64,000 nucleotides of DNA from Octopus sinensis (Eukaryota), in assembly GCF_006345805.1 (NCBI RefSeq), contig NC_043002.1, forward strand, positions 83,762,001-83,826,000. The letters run 5' to 3'. Shown piece by piece: positions 1-13,868 of this stretch. The stretch's first letter is position 1, and every line of letters starts with the position of its first letter. The position numbers were made by a program, and so were the translations under genes. The notes under the pieces are model-generated. The model was given only the letters and a program-made list of their open reading frames with translations. It was not told the origin of the DNA and did no database searches.

Positions 1-144
1 CATCCCATCATCGTTTCATTATATTACACTCTAACTTAAGACATGTCACAGTTCACTACTTCACCTTCCCACCTTTCAGAGTACCAACAAGAACAGCTGG
101 AATGAATTATCATACTCTACCATATTTTTTCTTCCCTAATGGAA

Positions 145-177
<33 letters not shown>

Positions 178-200
178 TGTATGTATGTATGTATGTATGT

Positions 201-750
201 CAGGTCACATTCGTGTGCTACTGGTAACATATAACCCAGTACTACCTGTTGCATGGTCGGGTCGTCGGCGACTAAACTGGCAACTCCACCAAGCTCGCTT
301 GGTGAGGAGGGTGTTTATTGGTCACCCTGGGGGATGAAAAACAAAACCCGTCAAAGTGCGGAGGAACTATTGAGAGTCAACGGCCATCTAATAAATGTCT
401 TAAAGCTGTATCATGCGCGGGGACATAGAAATAATCGGATTGAATATCCGATCGCGCAGTTAAACCATTGGGAGTGAAAGACTCCTAGCCTTTGTCAGGG
501 CATGCTTCTAGGAGAAGGGAACTCAGGTAACTGGGATAACTCCGACATAAAACATGCGGCTCAGTGGTTACCGATGATGTTGACTTGTTCTTCTTTTCGG
601 ATTATGGCTGCTGTTACTTAGTGAGTGGGATTGACTCAGTGCACAGCCTTTCCTCACTAAAAAAATATCTTCTTGCACAGGCATTGCACGATAACAACAT
701 TGATTAAGCTTCGTGCAATGGCCATACTCGATAACGAGGGGGCAGCCACC
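201..750 (+). mobile_element. Short non-autonomous RTE-derived element flanked by (ATGT)n on both sides
   Basis: The 3' end gcttcgtgcaatggccatactcgataacgagggggcagccacc(atgt)n nearly matches the LINE 3' end at 56868-56910 (minus). No coding capacity. Confidence 0.6.
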
Positions 751-1139
751 ATGTATGTATGTATGTATGTATGTATGTATGTATGTATGTATGTATGTAT
801 GTATGTATGTATGTATGCATGCATGTATGTATGTATGTATGTATGTATGTAAGTATGTATGTGTGTACAAAACAAAAAAAGACTGAGACAGATGAGGGAA
901 CTACAAACAGGTGTATTAGTTTGAGGGTTGGGAAAATGGAAAAGTCTTTGGCGTTCTGTGCCTACGCTATTCGACATAAAGAAATAAGAGGTAAAAAAAT
1001 GGAGAGAGTACATGTATGTATGTATGTATGTATGTATGTATGTATGTATGTATGTATGTATGTATGTATGCATGCATGCATGTGTAGATTTGTATGTTTT
1101 ATGTATGCATTCTCATGCATATAGTTATATATCTAGACG

Positions 1140-1628
1140 TGATCATATATATTTAAATGATAAACTTCTGGAAAGTCTTACAGATTTTTACAGTTCCAGT
1201 GATGGATTGGATCTGTAGTCTTCGAATTAGCTTTCTTCTTTCTGGTTTTGAGAAGCCTAATTTATCAAGATTGGTATTTAGGCAGTGTGTTACATATCCC
1301 AGGGTCCCAATAATTGCAGGTATAAACCTGAACTTGTAATCTGGATAGAGAAACTGCAGATTTCTCAATAGTTCAGTAAAGGTGTTTCACTGATTTTCAA
1401 CTTTATATTAACATCCACTGGGCCACTAATTTCCACAACTGTGCAGCTTATTTTCTCTATCCCAAATCATTATATCAGGATTGTTGTACTTACACACAGA
1501 TACACGGAGTGTATCTGTGAGGTCTTCACTGGTACATTCCACTAGTATTCCTTTTCATTATGAGTGGCTATGGCTTCTACCAAATTGTGTGTTCTTATTT
1601 CTTTATCCACGGGATTATCCTTCCGACA
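1140..1628 (-). mobile_element. 3' fragment of an R4/Dong-like non-LTR retrotransposon (restriction-like endonuclease region)
   Basis: Minus strand encodes PDIMIWDRENKL..VVEIS.P, then RNLQFLYPDYKFRFIPAIIGTLG...LQIQSITGTVKICKTF. Bounded by (TACA)n tracts. Confidence 0.8.
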
Positions 1629-3548
1629 TGTATGCATGTATGTATGTATGTATGTATGTATGTATGTATGTATGTATATATGTATGTAGGTATGTACGTA
1701 TTCCAGAACAAATCGTGTGCTCAGTTGCATCCCGTGATAATGACGCGTTAACGTTGCCGTGGAGAATGGCTAACTTACTCAAAAAGACAGGCTTCAAATA
1801 AAACGATATCAGTAATATCACATACAACCTTAAAATACATGGTTAAATATCTCTGACCGAGATAGTAATAATTGCATCAAAATCCAAGGGGGATAATTTC
1901 AAGTAACGAATGTTAAGGTTTTGTCCCTTGTCTGTTACAACGCGAAGCTATATTTTGTCTTTTTTAACTAGCTATATAATTTCTGTTTTTTTACTTGTTT
2001 CGGTCATTTTTAACTGCGGTCATTCTGGGGCACCGCCTTGAAGGGTTTTAATCGAACAAATCGACCCCAAGACTTATTTTCCAGCCTGGTGATTATTCTG
2101 TCAGATCACTTTTGCCGGAACGCTAAGTTACGGTGACGTAAATACACCAACACCGGCTGTTGAGCAGTGGTAGGTAACAAACACACACACACACAGATAT
2201 ATACATATATATATACGATGGACTTCTTTCAGTTTCCACTTACAAGGCTTTGATCAGCCCGAAGATTTAGTAGAAGGTGCCACGCAGTGGGACGGAACTC
2301 GGGACCAGGTGGTTGAGAAGCAAACTCCTTACCACACGGTAACGCCTATGATCACTCAGATTAAATCCTCTCAACGGTCTGGCAATATTTTTCTATAAAA
2401 ATGTAATAAATAAAACTGTTAATACGGATGTTTGCAACAATTCTACTAATGTGTGACTTTGAAAAGTAAAAGGATGCAAATATTTCATTTTTATAAGTGA
2501 GTGATCACCGTCGTTGGACGATGAGGATCCACTTGTTTGCTCGAATGAATTATCTGCTCATTAATATTAGCGTGTAATTGGCTGGGCATTTATGTAATTC
2601 TCTGGCAGAATTAGCGTGACACACTGACACGGCTGTACTTTTAAATTATAGATATAAACCATCCATCGATCCGTTTTCACATGTCACGCTGTAATATCGA
2701 GCCCGGAACATCGTGGTTGCGAGGCGAACTTCTAAACCATTCGACCGTAGGACACCTATTGGCACTCTTTCGGTTACCAGGACTGGAGTTCCAGTTTATC
2801 CGATTAAAGGAACAGCCTGCTCGTGAAATTCTTTTCTACTCTAGGCACAAGACCCAAAATTTTTTGGTAGGGGGTGACCAGTTGATTAGATCGAATCCAG
2901 TATGCAACTGTTACTTAATTTGTCGACCCCGAAAGGATGAAAGGATGAAGTCGACCTCGGCGGAATTTTAACTCAGACCGTAAAGACAGACGAAGCCTGC
3001 TCGTGAAATTAACGTGCAAATGGCTGAGCACTCCACAGACACACGCAGTTTTCAGGGAGATTCAGCGTAACACAGAATGCAACAAGGCCTGCCCTTTGAA
3101 ATAGAAGTACTATTCATTTTTGCCAGCTGAGTTGAGTGGATCAACGTGAAGTAAAATGCCTTGCTTAAGGACACGACGCGCTGTCGTGTATCGAAATCAA
3201 GATATTAAGCATGAGCCGAATACCTTAGCGACTAACTCACATACCTTCACCCTACATTCTATACTATTTCCTTAACGTTGTAGTATACTGACAAAATAGT
3301 TTCAATGCACATATATCTATGCATAGACGTTGCAGTTTTGACAGTGTAAGAGAGCTTTGCACATGAAGGCGATTTCAATGAAGAGTTTCTTTTTTTTTTT
3401 CTTTTTCCTTTTTTGGGCGTGATTGCGTGGTACCTTGGGAAAATGTCTTCTACTATAGCCTCGGGCCGACCAAAGCCTTGTGAGTGGATTTGGTAGACGG
3501 AAACTGAAAGAAGCCTGTCGTATACATACATACATACATATATATATA

Positions 3549-3589
<41 letters not shown>

Positions 3590-3628
3590 ATAGAATATAA
3601 TTATCGAGCACGGTTTCTTTTGTTCCTC

Positions 3629-3678
<50 letters not shown>

Positions 3679-3998
3679 TGGGTATAATAGATGAGTTCAG
3701 CAAAAATTTAGATTCAGATGAATATGGTACTTAAGTTGAGGCACCAGAATTTAGCACGGTATTAGCCATTCAATTTCAAAGTAAGGTGATTAAAATCAAA
3801 ATAAGCAACAAGGATATCCAGAGGTAATGCAGTACGATCGTTTCATGCAATTCCATTTAACTGAACAATGCGATCATTACATCAATTTAAAATGTAGAGC
3901 AATCTTTTGCTGCACAAAGACAGAATTTAATTAAATTAGAACAGATGGACACATTAGTATCCATCTGTTCTAATTTACTTAAATACTGAAACAAGTAA

Positions 3999-4041
<43 letters not shown>

Positions 4042-4149
4042 GCGCGCTTATTCCCCCTACCACCGCTCGACAACCGGTGTCGGTGTATTTACGTCCCCGC
4101 GACTTAGCATTTCGGCAAAAGTTATCTGATAGAAACAACTATTCTGAAG

Positions 4150-5080
4150 TATTCAAGACTGCACGATAGATCATTGGCAAATGTAAAGCTGAATTTCAAG
4201 TTTCAGGTTGGTATATGTTCTGATGGCGCTGCTACAGTGATAGAGGTACTCAGGTGTGGTTATTCAGATCAAGACGCTTATCCTAGATGGCAAGTCGACA
4301 CACTGATTCCTTCACAGAAAAATAATCCTGAAACAAAACAGAACTAAATAGTGTACACAATGAGGTTGGGATAATTGAGAACCAAGTAAAACAAATGCTT
4401 TAAATGCAAGACACGGATCTTTTCGGTTTCAACGGCAGTTTTTTCTAGCGGTGTCATATGAAATTGTCACCCATAAGTATGACCCTAGTATCGATCTATT
4501 GCATTTCAATCTATTTTAAGGTTAGGGTTAGTTAGGGTTAGGGGTGGGGGAAGGGTATCTTTTTTTCTTCACAAATGTAAATAGACATATTCATACGGCA
4601 CAGAATGTTGTTTACCTCGATGGACGTCAGTGATTGGTTGAAATTGCAGAAATTGAAGAAAACAACAACAAATATCTTACAAACTATAGAATTTTCTCAA
4701 TAAAGCCAAGAAAAAAGATGTTTTATAAACACATTCTACCAGTATATGAAGTTTAAAATTTTTTAGTTACCTAGAAATTATGTTAAAAAACTGCCGTTCA
4801 AACCGAAAAGATCTGCAAGACACTTCGCTACGTTATGTGACACGAGTGTAGATCATAAGCACTTCATATCGGTTGTACACTCGTTATTGTTGTCCTGCAA
4901 AAGGTATTTGAGCTACGAAACGAACAAGCCAAGTTTCCACAGGAGAAAACCAAAAGTTAGTCATAACTGTTCCAAGATGTCTTGAGGTTATCCAAACTGA
5001 TATACTTGGCTGATATCGTTATCGTCTTCAGTTATCTCAACACCTCTTTGCATTCTGATAGCAACGCCTACTACGACACT
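4150..5080 (+). pseudogene. Degraded hAT (Buster/Charlie-like) transposase relic interrupted by a MITE
   Basis: Frames give VGICSDGAA, STH.FLHR, KTNALNAR|HFATLCD, KVFELRNE and YLADI..YLNTSL, in the order of Buster-type hAT transposases. Confidence 0.8.
4415..4814. mobile_element. 400-bp MITE with TIRs and 9-bp TSD (Mutator-like), copy 1
   Basis: TIR ggatcttttcggtttcaacggcagttttt / aaaaactgccgttcaaaccgaaaagatct; TSD gcaagacac at 4406-4414 and 4815-4823. Confidence 0.88.
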
Positions 5081-6548
5081 GGTACTAAGCTGAATTTGTC
5101 AAAGCCAGCGTCAATGCCTATAGTTAAACATTGGTAGTGTGGAGAGAAGAATCTTGCATGCATGGGCAATTGTTTGTCTTCCTCAAAAGAATCTTGTAAC
5201 AGATCTGCACATACATGTACAGATGCATGGCCAACATTGATTGATGGAGTCCCTTAAGAGAGGAACTAATAAGTTAGTTTCCCCTCTCAATCGTAGCTAT
5301 TCTATATCACTTGTACGGCGACAACTTTTGTTTCTTTCTTCCTCGAATTCAACAGGACTGATTGGACGTAACTGGATACCCCTGACCATACAACGAAAAA
5401 TATTTAATTCTATCGATTATTCACTATTTGGCAAGGGAGAGCTTTCTGGAGGTCGCTTGACCAGCTAGAACTGGCAGCTCAAACACCCTCAAATCACATT
5501 TTACCGTTTTGATTAAAATGCCTTCATAACTCATCAGGTTCCTATTGATAGAGTTGCTGTTTAGCCCCCGGTAAGCCTTGATCGGACAGATATATAATCA
5601 AATGTATTCCAGCCAAGCTCATCAGGTCTTTTTCGTACATCTACATTGTCCAGTGTACCCTTTCATTTTTTTAACAATATGTTATGATTTGAAATAATCT
5701 GGTTGCTATTTCTGAAAGATCAAGTGACTATACAAAGGTTACCCCTGCTTCTGGTTTGTATTGACAGAGATACTGCAGAAATTATTTAATCACGATATTG
5801 TGTGGTTGTGATGCGGTAGCCATTACCAAATTCCCAAAACGACAGAATATTTCACATGTGGTCACTGGTCCCATATAAGGGCAAACAATAATCACATCGA
5901 GTTTTTACAAACATCCCTGAATAATCTCACTCGCTTTAGAATTGAGGAAATATTTTCTTAGGGCTCGTTTATTTATTGAGTTTATTTCGTTGTGGCATGC
6001 AAAGCGACCTACATTTAATTGACACCACACCCTACAACGAACTCTGAAACCGAGCAGCTCACTACATCGATAGCTTGTTCTCACAGGGCTGCCTTAACAG
6101 TATTATAGCCCACCCCACCTCCCGAAAACAATGCATTGGAGCCCCTACATGCACAATCAAAGAATACATAAATTTACGATAGGCCTTTAGGACAAATGCA
6201 TGGTAAGCCCAGGCCTCAAGCCTGTACTGAATACCCTTCTCTTTCCACATACATCAGTTCCAAATCTATCAGCAAAGGATATCCGGAGCTCAGCTGGGAT
6301 AAGTAATCTACCAACGTTTACTAAAGAATCGACTCATTCTCAAGAAATTTTGCACCCACAAAAAGTGAGAACTAGAATATTGATCAGACTGTTCCAGAAA
6401 GATACTCTAAAATGTTTCGACAGTTAATTTGTCCCAAACATCCTGAGTCAATTTACTCCTCTCTGGAACTAACGATCCACGTCTTCATCACAGTAGTAGA
6501 GTTTCATACACTTCCTTGTTGCAGCTAATTTATGTTCAAAAGGAGAGG

Positions 6549-7517
6549 ATGTGAATTCCACATAGGGTAGTTATACAAAAAAAGACTGTCTGTTGTAGTC
6601 GGCTGTTTAACTGTGGTAAAAGGAGAATGACAATGATAAAGCTGGCGAATCCTTAATAATATGTATGCCTGTTAGGACGTGCTATTTGCTAGAAAGCGAA
6701 CGGCACCCTGCATGTGGAAGCAAAAACGTCTAACCCCTAATGCTCTGCGAAAGATCGTATGTATACCTAATGGAAAGCAAATTATCTTATCTATTTCACA
6801 TCATCAAAGAGAGAAGGAAAACGGAAGAAAGATAATGAACAATATTCACGTAAACTAGTCCTCAAATTGTTTGGATAGATACAATCCATGCAAAAGATTT
6901 TAATACAGACCAACTTTTCGAGTTACTCATAAATTACATCATCAAAAAACTGTAAGGATGGAAGGTATCTAAATGTACAACTTGGGGATTATACAAAATG
7001 ACAACAAAGTGCTAATATTTGCAGTTTTAGAATGTTTTTTTTCTTCTTTTTTGTAAACTCGCCGTTTTAACGTTATCTAGTGTAATTTCATACAAGTGTA
7101 AGAGATCGTTTCTTGGATTTTTAACCAGGAACTGAAACCTTAGCCTAAATTTTTCTACGAGATCCTTTCCATCGTTCTCGGCATTGGCACTGGGAAATTC
7201 TTGAGGTCGCCTGCCACACTTAATTTGTTTCATTGTTTAAGTTAACATTCTTAGGTCAAAAACAGGTTAACATAGATAAGATAATTTGCTTTCCGTTTGG
7301 TATACATACGATCTTTCGCAGAGCATTAGGGGTTAGACGTTTTTGCTTCCACATGCAGTGTGCCGTTCGCTTTCTAGCAAATAGCACGTCCTAACAGGCA
7401 CACATATTATTAAGGATTCGCCAGCTTTATCATTGTCATTCTCCTTTTACCACAGTTAAACAGCCGACTACTACAGACAGTCTTTTTTTGTACAACTACT
7501 CTATGTGGAATTCACAT
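6549..7517. repeat. Long inverted repeat (246-bp arms, ~477-bp spacer), probable long-TIR DNA element
   Basis: 6549-6794 is the reverse complement of 7272-7517 with a handful of differences. Confidence 0.85.
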
Positions 7518-7527
7518 AATAAAATAA

Positions 7528-7627
7528 NNNNNNNNNNNNNNNNNNNNNNNNNNNNNNNNNNNNNNNNNNNNNNNNNNNNNNNNNNNNNNNNNNNNNNNNN
7601 NNNNNNNNNNNNNNNNNNNNNNNNNNN
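7528..7627. other. Assembly gap (100 N)
   Basis: Run of n characters. Confidence 1.
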
Positions 7628-9049
7628 TTTTCCCCCTTTCTCTAGCTAAGACGAACATTAATTGAGAGTTTCTTGCGGAGGTCATTCATTTCATCACCCC
7701 TTGGCGGAATTCTGGTTTAAGCACCCCATATAACTCCTCATAACTTTATTATTTCTGGGAATTTTCAGAAAATTTTTGCGAACCGAAATTTATAAATTTA
7801 TAAACATTACTGATAAAAATTTAAAATTTAGTAATAACTGTAGTTAGATTCAAGTAACGTAACTCAGTGAGCTGAATGGGGAATTCTTAGAAATCGGCAT
7901 AAGAATGCAAACTTGGTAATCATGCTGCTACTATTAGCCAATAAAATGACAAGCTATTTGTGGCGCCTCTATGTAGTTTTCTATAATCATTCTATTTATA
8001 TCTACGATATATTATAGGAATATACCACAGTATTCGTTTGGTATTCTATTCTATCAACTCGGAATGATACGAAAAGCAAAGTTGACCTTAACAAGATTTG
8101 AACTCAGGTCGTAAATTGTAAATAAAAAACCACAGACCATTTTGGCCAACACTCTAATAATTCTCTTAGTCTGACCCCTGATGGCTTGATCTGGTAGTTT
8201 TAGCAAGTAAATATTCTTTAAATTACACCATATTTTCTTTAAAAAATAAAAGAAGGAAGGACATATTACATGCTGAAGTTCATCCGATATATAAGCTTCA
8301 AAATGAAGACTGGATTGTCACATTTTTAGTCATGTCATCTCTATCTCAAAGACGACCTGTGGGTAAACAACAGCCACAACCATTAAAATCATTAATAGAA
8401 TATTGGGCAATTGACTTTATATAATATTATACCATAACTTTTCAGTGTTAACTGCATTAGATGTTATGCATAACCTTGAAGTTTTTTTATGCAACCACAT
8501 GCTTCCCTGTGACACCTTGAATAAGTGTCTTCTACGATAGCCTCACGATAAAGCGCGCCGAGTGGTGTATGTGTGTGTATACTAATTATGCATGGGTATC
8601 GGCAAAACATACATCGGCGATAAAACTAAGATAAATCAGTGTTGTTCAGACAACTCTCACCGTAGTAAATGCAATGAATCAGTACAATAAAAGTAACCAA
8701 CGACGCGAAATAAAAAGGCTTGTTACCATGGATGCGATGTATAATAAACAAATAATTAATAATCCTTAAAACTACTCTTTGTGAAATATCGAGTTTCAAC
8801 AGCTTGCATAATTTGTGAAATATTGAGTGAAAGAAAATAAACACAGGCTATTTCTACTTGTAAAATATATTTTCTGGTTCCTTTAAAGTGGGAAATAACC
8901 TACAACATGCCTGTTTAATTTGGTTTTGTTTTGATTTTTAAAGAATGCTTACTTTAAGATATTTTGCTTTTGTATCTTGGGAACATCATTTTGCCAATTA
9001 ACACTAACACACACACACACACACTGGCTGTATTTCACTTATTAATCGT

Positions 9050-10310
9050 TACTGATGCTATATTCCTAGTGAGACCACTGTAAGAGAAGTACTTGGCCAA
9101 AAATAAACATCTGCACTTGGCTTTTGTTGACATGGAGAAAGCTTTGAACAGGGTCCCCAACTCCCTCCTCGTGTAGGCAATATAGAAGCTAGGGATAGGT
9201 AAGTGGTTGGTGAGATCTGTACAAGCCATGTGCAGGAGCACTGTCAGTAAGGTAAACGTCAGCAATGAGCATAGCAAGGTATTTAATGTACAGCTAGTTC
9301 ACCAAGAATTGGTTCTTAGCTCCCTTTTATTTATCATAGTCCTCCAGGCCATAACAGAGAAATTGAAGATGGGCTACCCTTGGGAGCTCCTCTATGTTGA
9401 TGACCTTGCTCTTATTGCTGAATTACTACCAGAGCTAGAGAAAAATTTCATATGTACATGCAAGGTCTGAAATCAAAGGACCTTCAAGTTAATTTAGCAA
9501 AGACCACAGTCCTAGTAAGTAGGAAAACAGACTAATCACTGATCCCATCAGGAAATGGCCCTGCTTGATATGTAGAAAAAGTGTTGGTAGAAACTACATG
9601 TAGTTTGTCCAGTGCAAGCTGTGATCACGTAAGAGGTGCTACAGTATCACAGCAAAGTAAATGGAGAATGTAGTCTTCATATGTGGATGATGTGCAGGTA
9701 CATTAAATACTAGGAATGTACAGAAAATAGGCTCCCTCAAATGTCTGGGCTGATCCTTAGAAGTAGTAGACAGTTTTCGTTACATAGGTAATCAGGCTAG
9801 CAGTGGAGGAGGTAGTTCTTAAATCATAGCTGCTAGAATATTAATGGGCTGGGCAAAGTTCAGAGAGCTATTTCTGTTAGTAACAAAAGGCCTTTCCCTC
9901 AGAGTGAAAGACAGATTGTATGATGCTTGTGTATAAACAACTATCCTACATGGCAGTGAGACATGGGTTGTCTAAGGACATATGAAGGCTTGAAAAAAAT
10001 GAAGCCAGCATGCTCTGCTGGATGGGTAATGTCAGTGTGCATGTACAACAGAGTGTAAGTGATTTTAGAGAAAAATTGGGTATACCAGGCATCAAATGTA
10101 GTGTGCAGGAGAGAAGACTGAGCTGGTATGATTATGCGATGCATATGGATGAAGACAGCTGCATCAAGAAGTTTTGATCTCTACTTGTGGAGGGAAATTA
10201 TGAAAGGGGTAGACCCAGGAAAACGTAGGATAAAGTGGTAAGAGGAGATGACAAGAGACTGAGACTTCTGGTCTTTTGCTGTGCTTGAGAAGATATGTCA
10301 TGCTAAGTAA
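9050..10310 (+). mobile_element. Degraded 5'-truncated RTE LINE (RT to 3' end)
   Basis: DAIFLVR..EKYLAKNKHLHLAFVDMEKA and PWELLYVDDL motifs; homologous to the RT at 24450-24630; many stops. Confidence 0.85.
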
Positions 10311-11569
10311 ACTTGTAGCTATCCATGCATACAGGCATGTCCTCTACATCCTTCTCTTAGCTAAGAGATCCTAGTCTTATGGGTTCGTAAGTGCTGGTAC
10401 CATGTAAAAGTGTCCATGCTGATGCCACAGAAAAGCACCTGTGCCAGTACCATGTAAAAGTGCCCATGCTGATGCTGCATAAAAGCACCTGTGCCGGTAC
10501 CACATAAAAGTACCCTGCCAGTGCCATATTTGATGCATCCAGCATACTCTGTAGAGGGGTTGGTATTGGGAAGGGCATCCAGCTGTCGAAACCATGCCAC
10601 AACAGACAATTGGAGCCTGGGCAGCTCTTCCAGTTGGCCAGCTCTTGTCAAACCATCCAACCCATGCCAGCATGGAGAACGGACATTAAATAATGATGAT
10701 TAATCAACTAATTAATAATAATGGTTATTTGAGGAAATGATATGACAGACCTGGAAGTAACAAGGGCCCTTAATTGATGAGGTCACATAGGAACTTCATT
10801 TCACATTTCTCCAATCTTCTTGGCTTCAATGAATACCAGCCAAATGCTGGTGTAGCCCTCTCATTACCAAGCTATCACATCCTAGATATTACTCTAGATG
10901 AAGGGTGCCCATCTCTGCTTACAAACTAATGTAGGTATCTGAAACAATTAGCCAAAGCATAGTACATGTCACCAAGCCATATTCACTTGCAAATAGCAGC
11001 TGGTTATATTATACAAGCAAAACGCCCCCCCCCCCCGGTCCAATGGACGATGCTGAATCATATCTGCTGAATAAAAAGCAATCAGTGTTTTCTTTCCATT
11101 AAAAAATAATTAAGCATGCCTTTATTTCAATAACATTTTTGGTTTTGCTAAACAAAGTTAAGGCAAAAAAAAAACGTCTTGAGAAACCAAATAGTCTTTC
11201 CTTCCTTCATGCCAAGTTTGAAGAAAATATCTCTTTTGCATCTTACTTTTTTGGTCTCTTAAATATACTGCATTTTGTGGCATTATTTCAAGCTAGCCGT
11301 GCATTTTTCTCGCGTACACGTTGTATCAATCGCAACAGTTGATGTACTTGCACCTATAAATGCATGTTCCCATGGCTTTATCAATTGCATTCTCACCTGA
11401 AATTGATTTTTGTAATTTTTTCAAGACTTATATATGCCCTGATACCGTTGGTATCTACATATCGAATTTTAGTGCAATCGGATGGAGGATGCCCGAGATC
11501 CTAGAAGACACATACACACAGACAGAATGGATTTTATATATTATATAATGTATCTCACCACTTTCCATA

Positions 11570-11800
11570 ACTTGTCCCATCAGTTTGATACCTCGGTAGT
11601 TGCTTGTTTTTGAAGCGTCTCCTTTGCCATAGTAGTATTAATGATATTATTTTGCCAATCATTGAGGTTGATATCTCCTAGTACTATACATTTGATTGTG
11701 TGGGTTACTAGCTCATTGACTGCTTCAGCAAACATTTTCAGCATCTTAGTGACTATCTTTGATAGTCCAATTGCTTCTGCTTTCATATCCTTAATCATCC
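11570..11800 (-). mobile_element. Degraded RTE LINE fragment
   Basis: IKDMK...G.S.I..KMLK...DWQNNII aligns with IRSMKTGKAPGPSGITAEMLK of the copy at 24110-24280. Confidence 0.6.
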
Positions 11801-13868
11801 TTTTGTTTGTATAGTTGTCAACTTCAGTGGCTGGTTCCTCTACTGGGTTTACTTAAAGTAGACTCTCTCTGCATACATTTTCAGCAACCTCAAGAAGAAA
11901 TATTTCCGACATTAGATTATTTTTATCTTCACAATATAACCACAATGCTCTTCATTTCATCTTCATCATCATCATCGTTTAATGTCTGCTTTCCATGCTA
12001 GCATGGGTTGAACGATTTCGACTGAGGGCTGGCGAACCAGATGGCTGCACCAGGCTCCAATCTTGATCTAGCAGAGTTTTTACAGCTGGATGCCCTTCCT
12101 AATGCCAACCACTCCGAGAGTGTAGTGGGTGCTTTTTATGTGCCACCAGCATGGGGCCAGTCAGGCGGTACTGGCAACGACCTTACTCGAATCTTTTTAC
12201 ACATGCCACCGGCACAGGTGTCAGTAAGGCGATGCTGGTAACTATCACACTGAAATGGTGCCTTTTACATGCCACCGGCATGGAAGCCAGTTAGCCACTC
12301 TGGCAACGATCACGCCCAGATGGTGCTCTTGGCACCCTACTAGCACGAGTGGTTTCTAATTAAGACACCAGCATCGCCTTACTGGCTGCTGGACTGGCTC
12401 CTGTGCCGGTGGCACGTAAAAGCACCCACTATACTCTCGGAGTAGTTGGCACAAGGAAGGGCATTTTGTATGTATTTATTTCTAAATTTATTTACCTTCA
12501 TGCTGTCAATAGCTATGGGTCTCTTCTATCTTCATTAATTTATGCCTTAGCTTCATATTATCAAGTTTTTGTTACAAAACAGTCCAGTACTGAGATGAAG
12601 ACTATCATCAGTCAAGTCTTGAATAGAGGAGCATATTTTCTTTGAAAATGTTGAATCATACATTATGCTTCATTATGAAATTTGTCTCTTGGGTGATGAA
12701 TCAGCAGAATAGTTACAGCTTCAGACAAAATGCTTTGTGATATTTGCTTAAGTTCTGTGTCCAAATCTCACCAAAGTCAAGTTCGTCTTTCAATCTTTCA
12801 AAGTCAAAAATATTATGTACCAGTTGAGTACTAAGCTAGATTTGACTTTTCTCATTTCCCCAATTTCAGTTTTTGTGTTTTGTGTTAGAGACTACTATGA
12901 AATCTGTTTTTCTACAGGTTAGCAATTCTGATTATTTGTAGAAATGTTTAGTCACTCTCAATTGTTGGAGTAACTAAAACTATATATTAAAAAATTATTT
13001 CTACCTAGAATTTGAATTATATAATTTTGTGATCACTTCTCGGGTAATTTTATTTCATATAGCTCTGATGTATATTGTTTTGTAACACTATATGTCTATA
13101 AAGGAATTTTTCCTAAATAGAAAACCACAGCTTCTGACATTTAAACAACATGCATACATCAAGTAATGATGATGATCATCGTCATCATTTAATGTCCATT
13201 TTCCATGCTGCGCCAGTCTCCAGCCATCTGTTTTGGCATGGTTTCTATGGCTGGATGCCCTTCTTAATGCAAACCACTTTGCAGAGTCTACTGAGTGCTT
13301 TTTACGTGGCACCAGTACAGGTTCTTTTTACATGGTGCTAACACAAGTGCTTTTTACATGGCACCAACACAAGTGTTTTTTATGTCACCAACATGGGTGC
13401 TATCTATGTGGTGCCAGAATGAGTTCTTTTTATGTGACACCACCACATATGTGGTATTAATAATGTTTACATTATAGAGCTGCTTATGTTGCATTATTCA
13501 AATTTATTCTGCCTTTGCAGTACAATTTCAGATCAGTTGATAGTTTATACGCTATCTATATATACTTCAGACTGGCAATTTCAATTTTGTTTCAGAAGTG
13601 ACACAATTATGTAACACTGATAAACCACAAACCAAGCAGAATACTTATCTGTCGCTCTCGTGATCATTTTTTGGGTAATTTCATTTCTCCCAACTCTGAA
13701 GTATACTGTGGTTTTTAACACTATATATTTTTAACAGGATGTTCCTCAGACAAAAACCACAGTCTCTGGTGTTTAAACAACATACATAGTTAACTATGTG
13801 GTATTGATAACATATAATTTTGTATTCAACGTAATGCTTCACTCTCATTTGTTTGGTTCTAGTATACT

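Noticed and set aside
11360-11548. ORF containing FFKTYIC, identical to a stretch of human OPA3 exon 1
   Set aside because: The surrounding residues do not match OPA3 (no MVVGAFP, SKP or PPAQ), the donor is poor, and the sequence looks like part of a non-autonomous repeat. Treated as coincidence.
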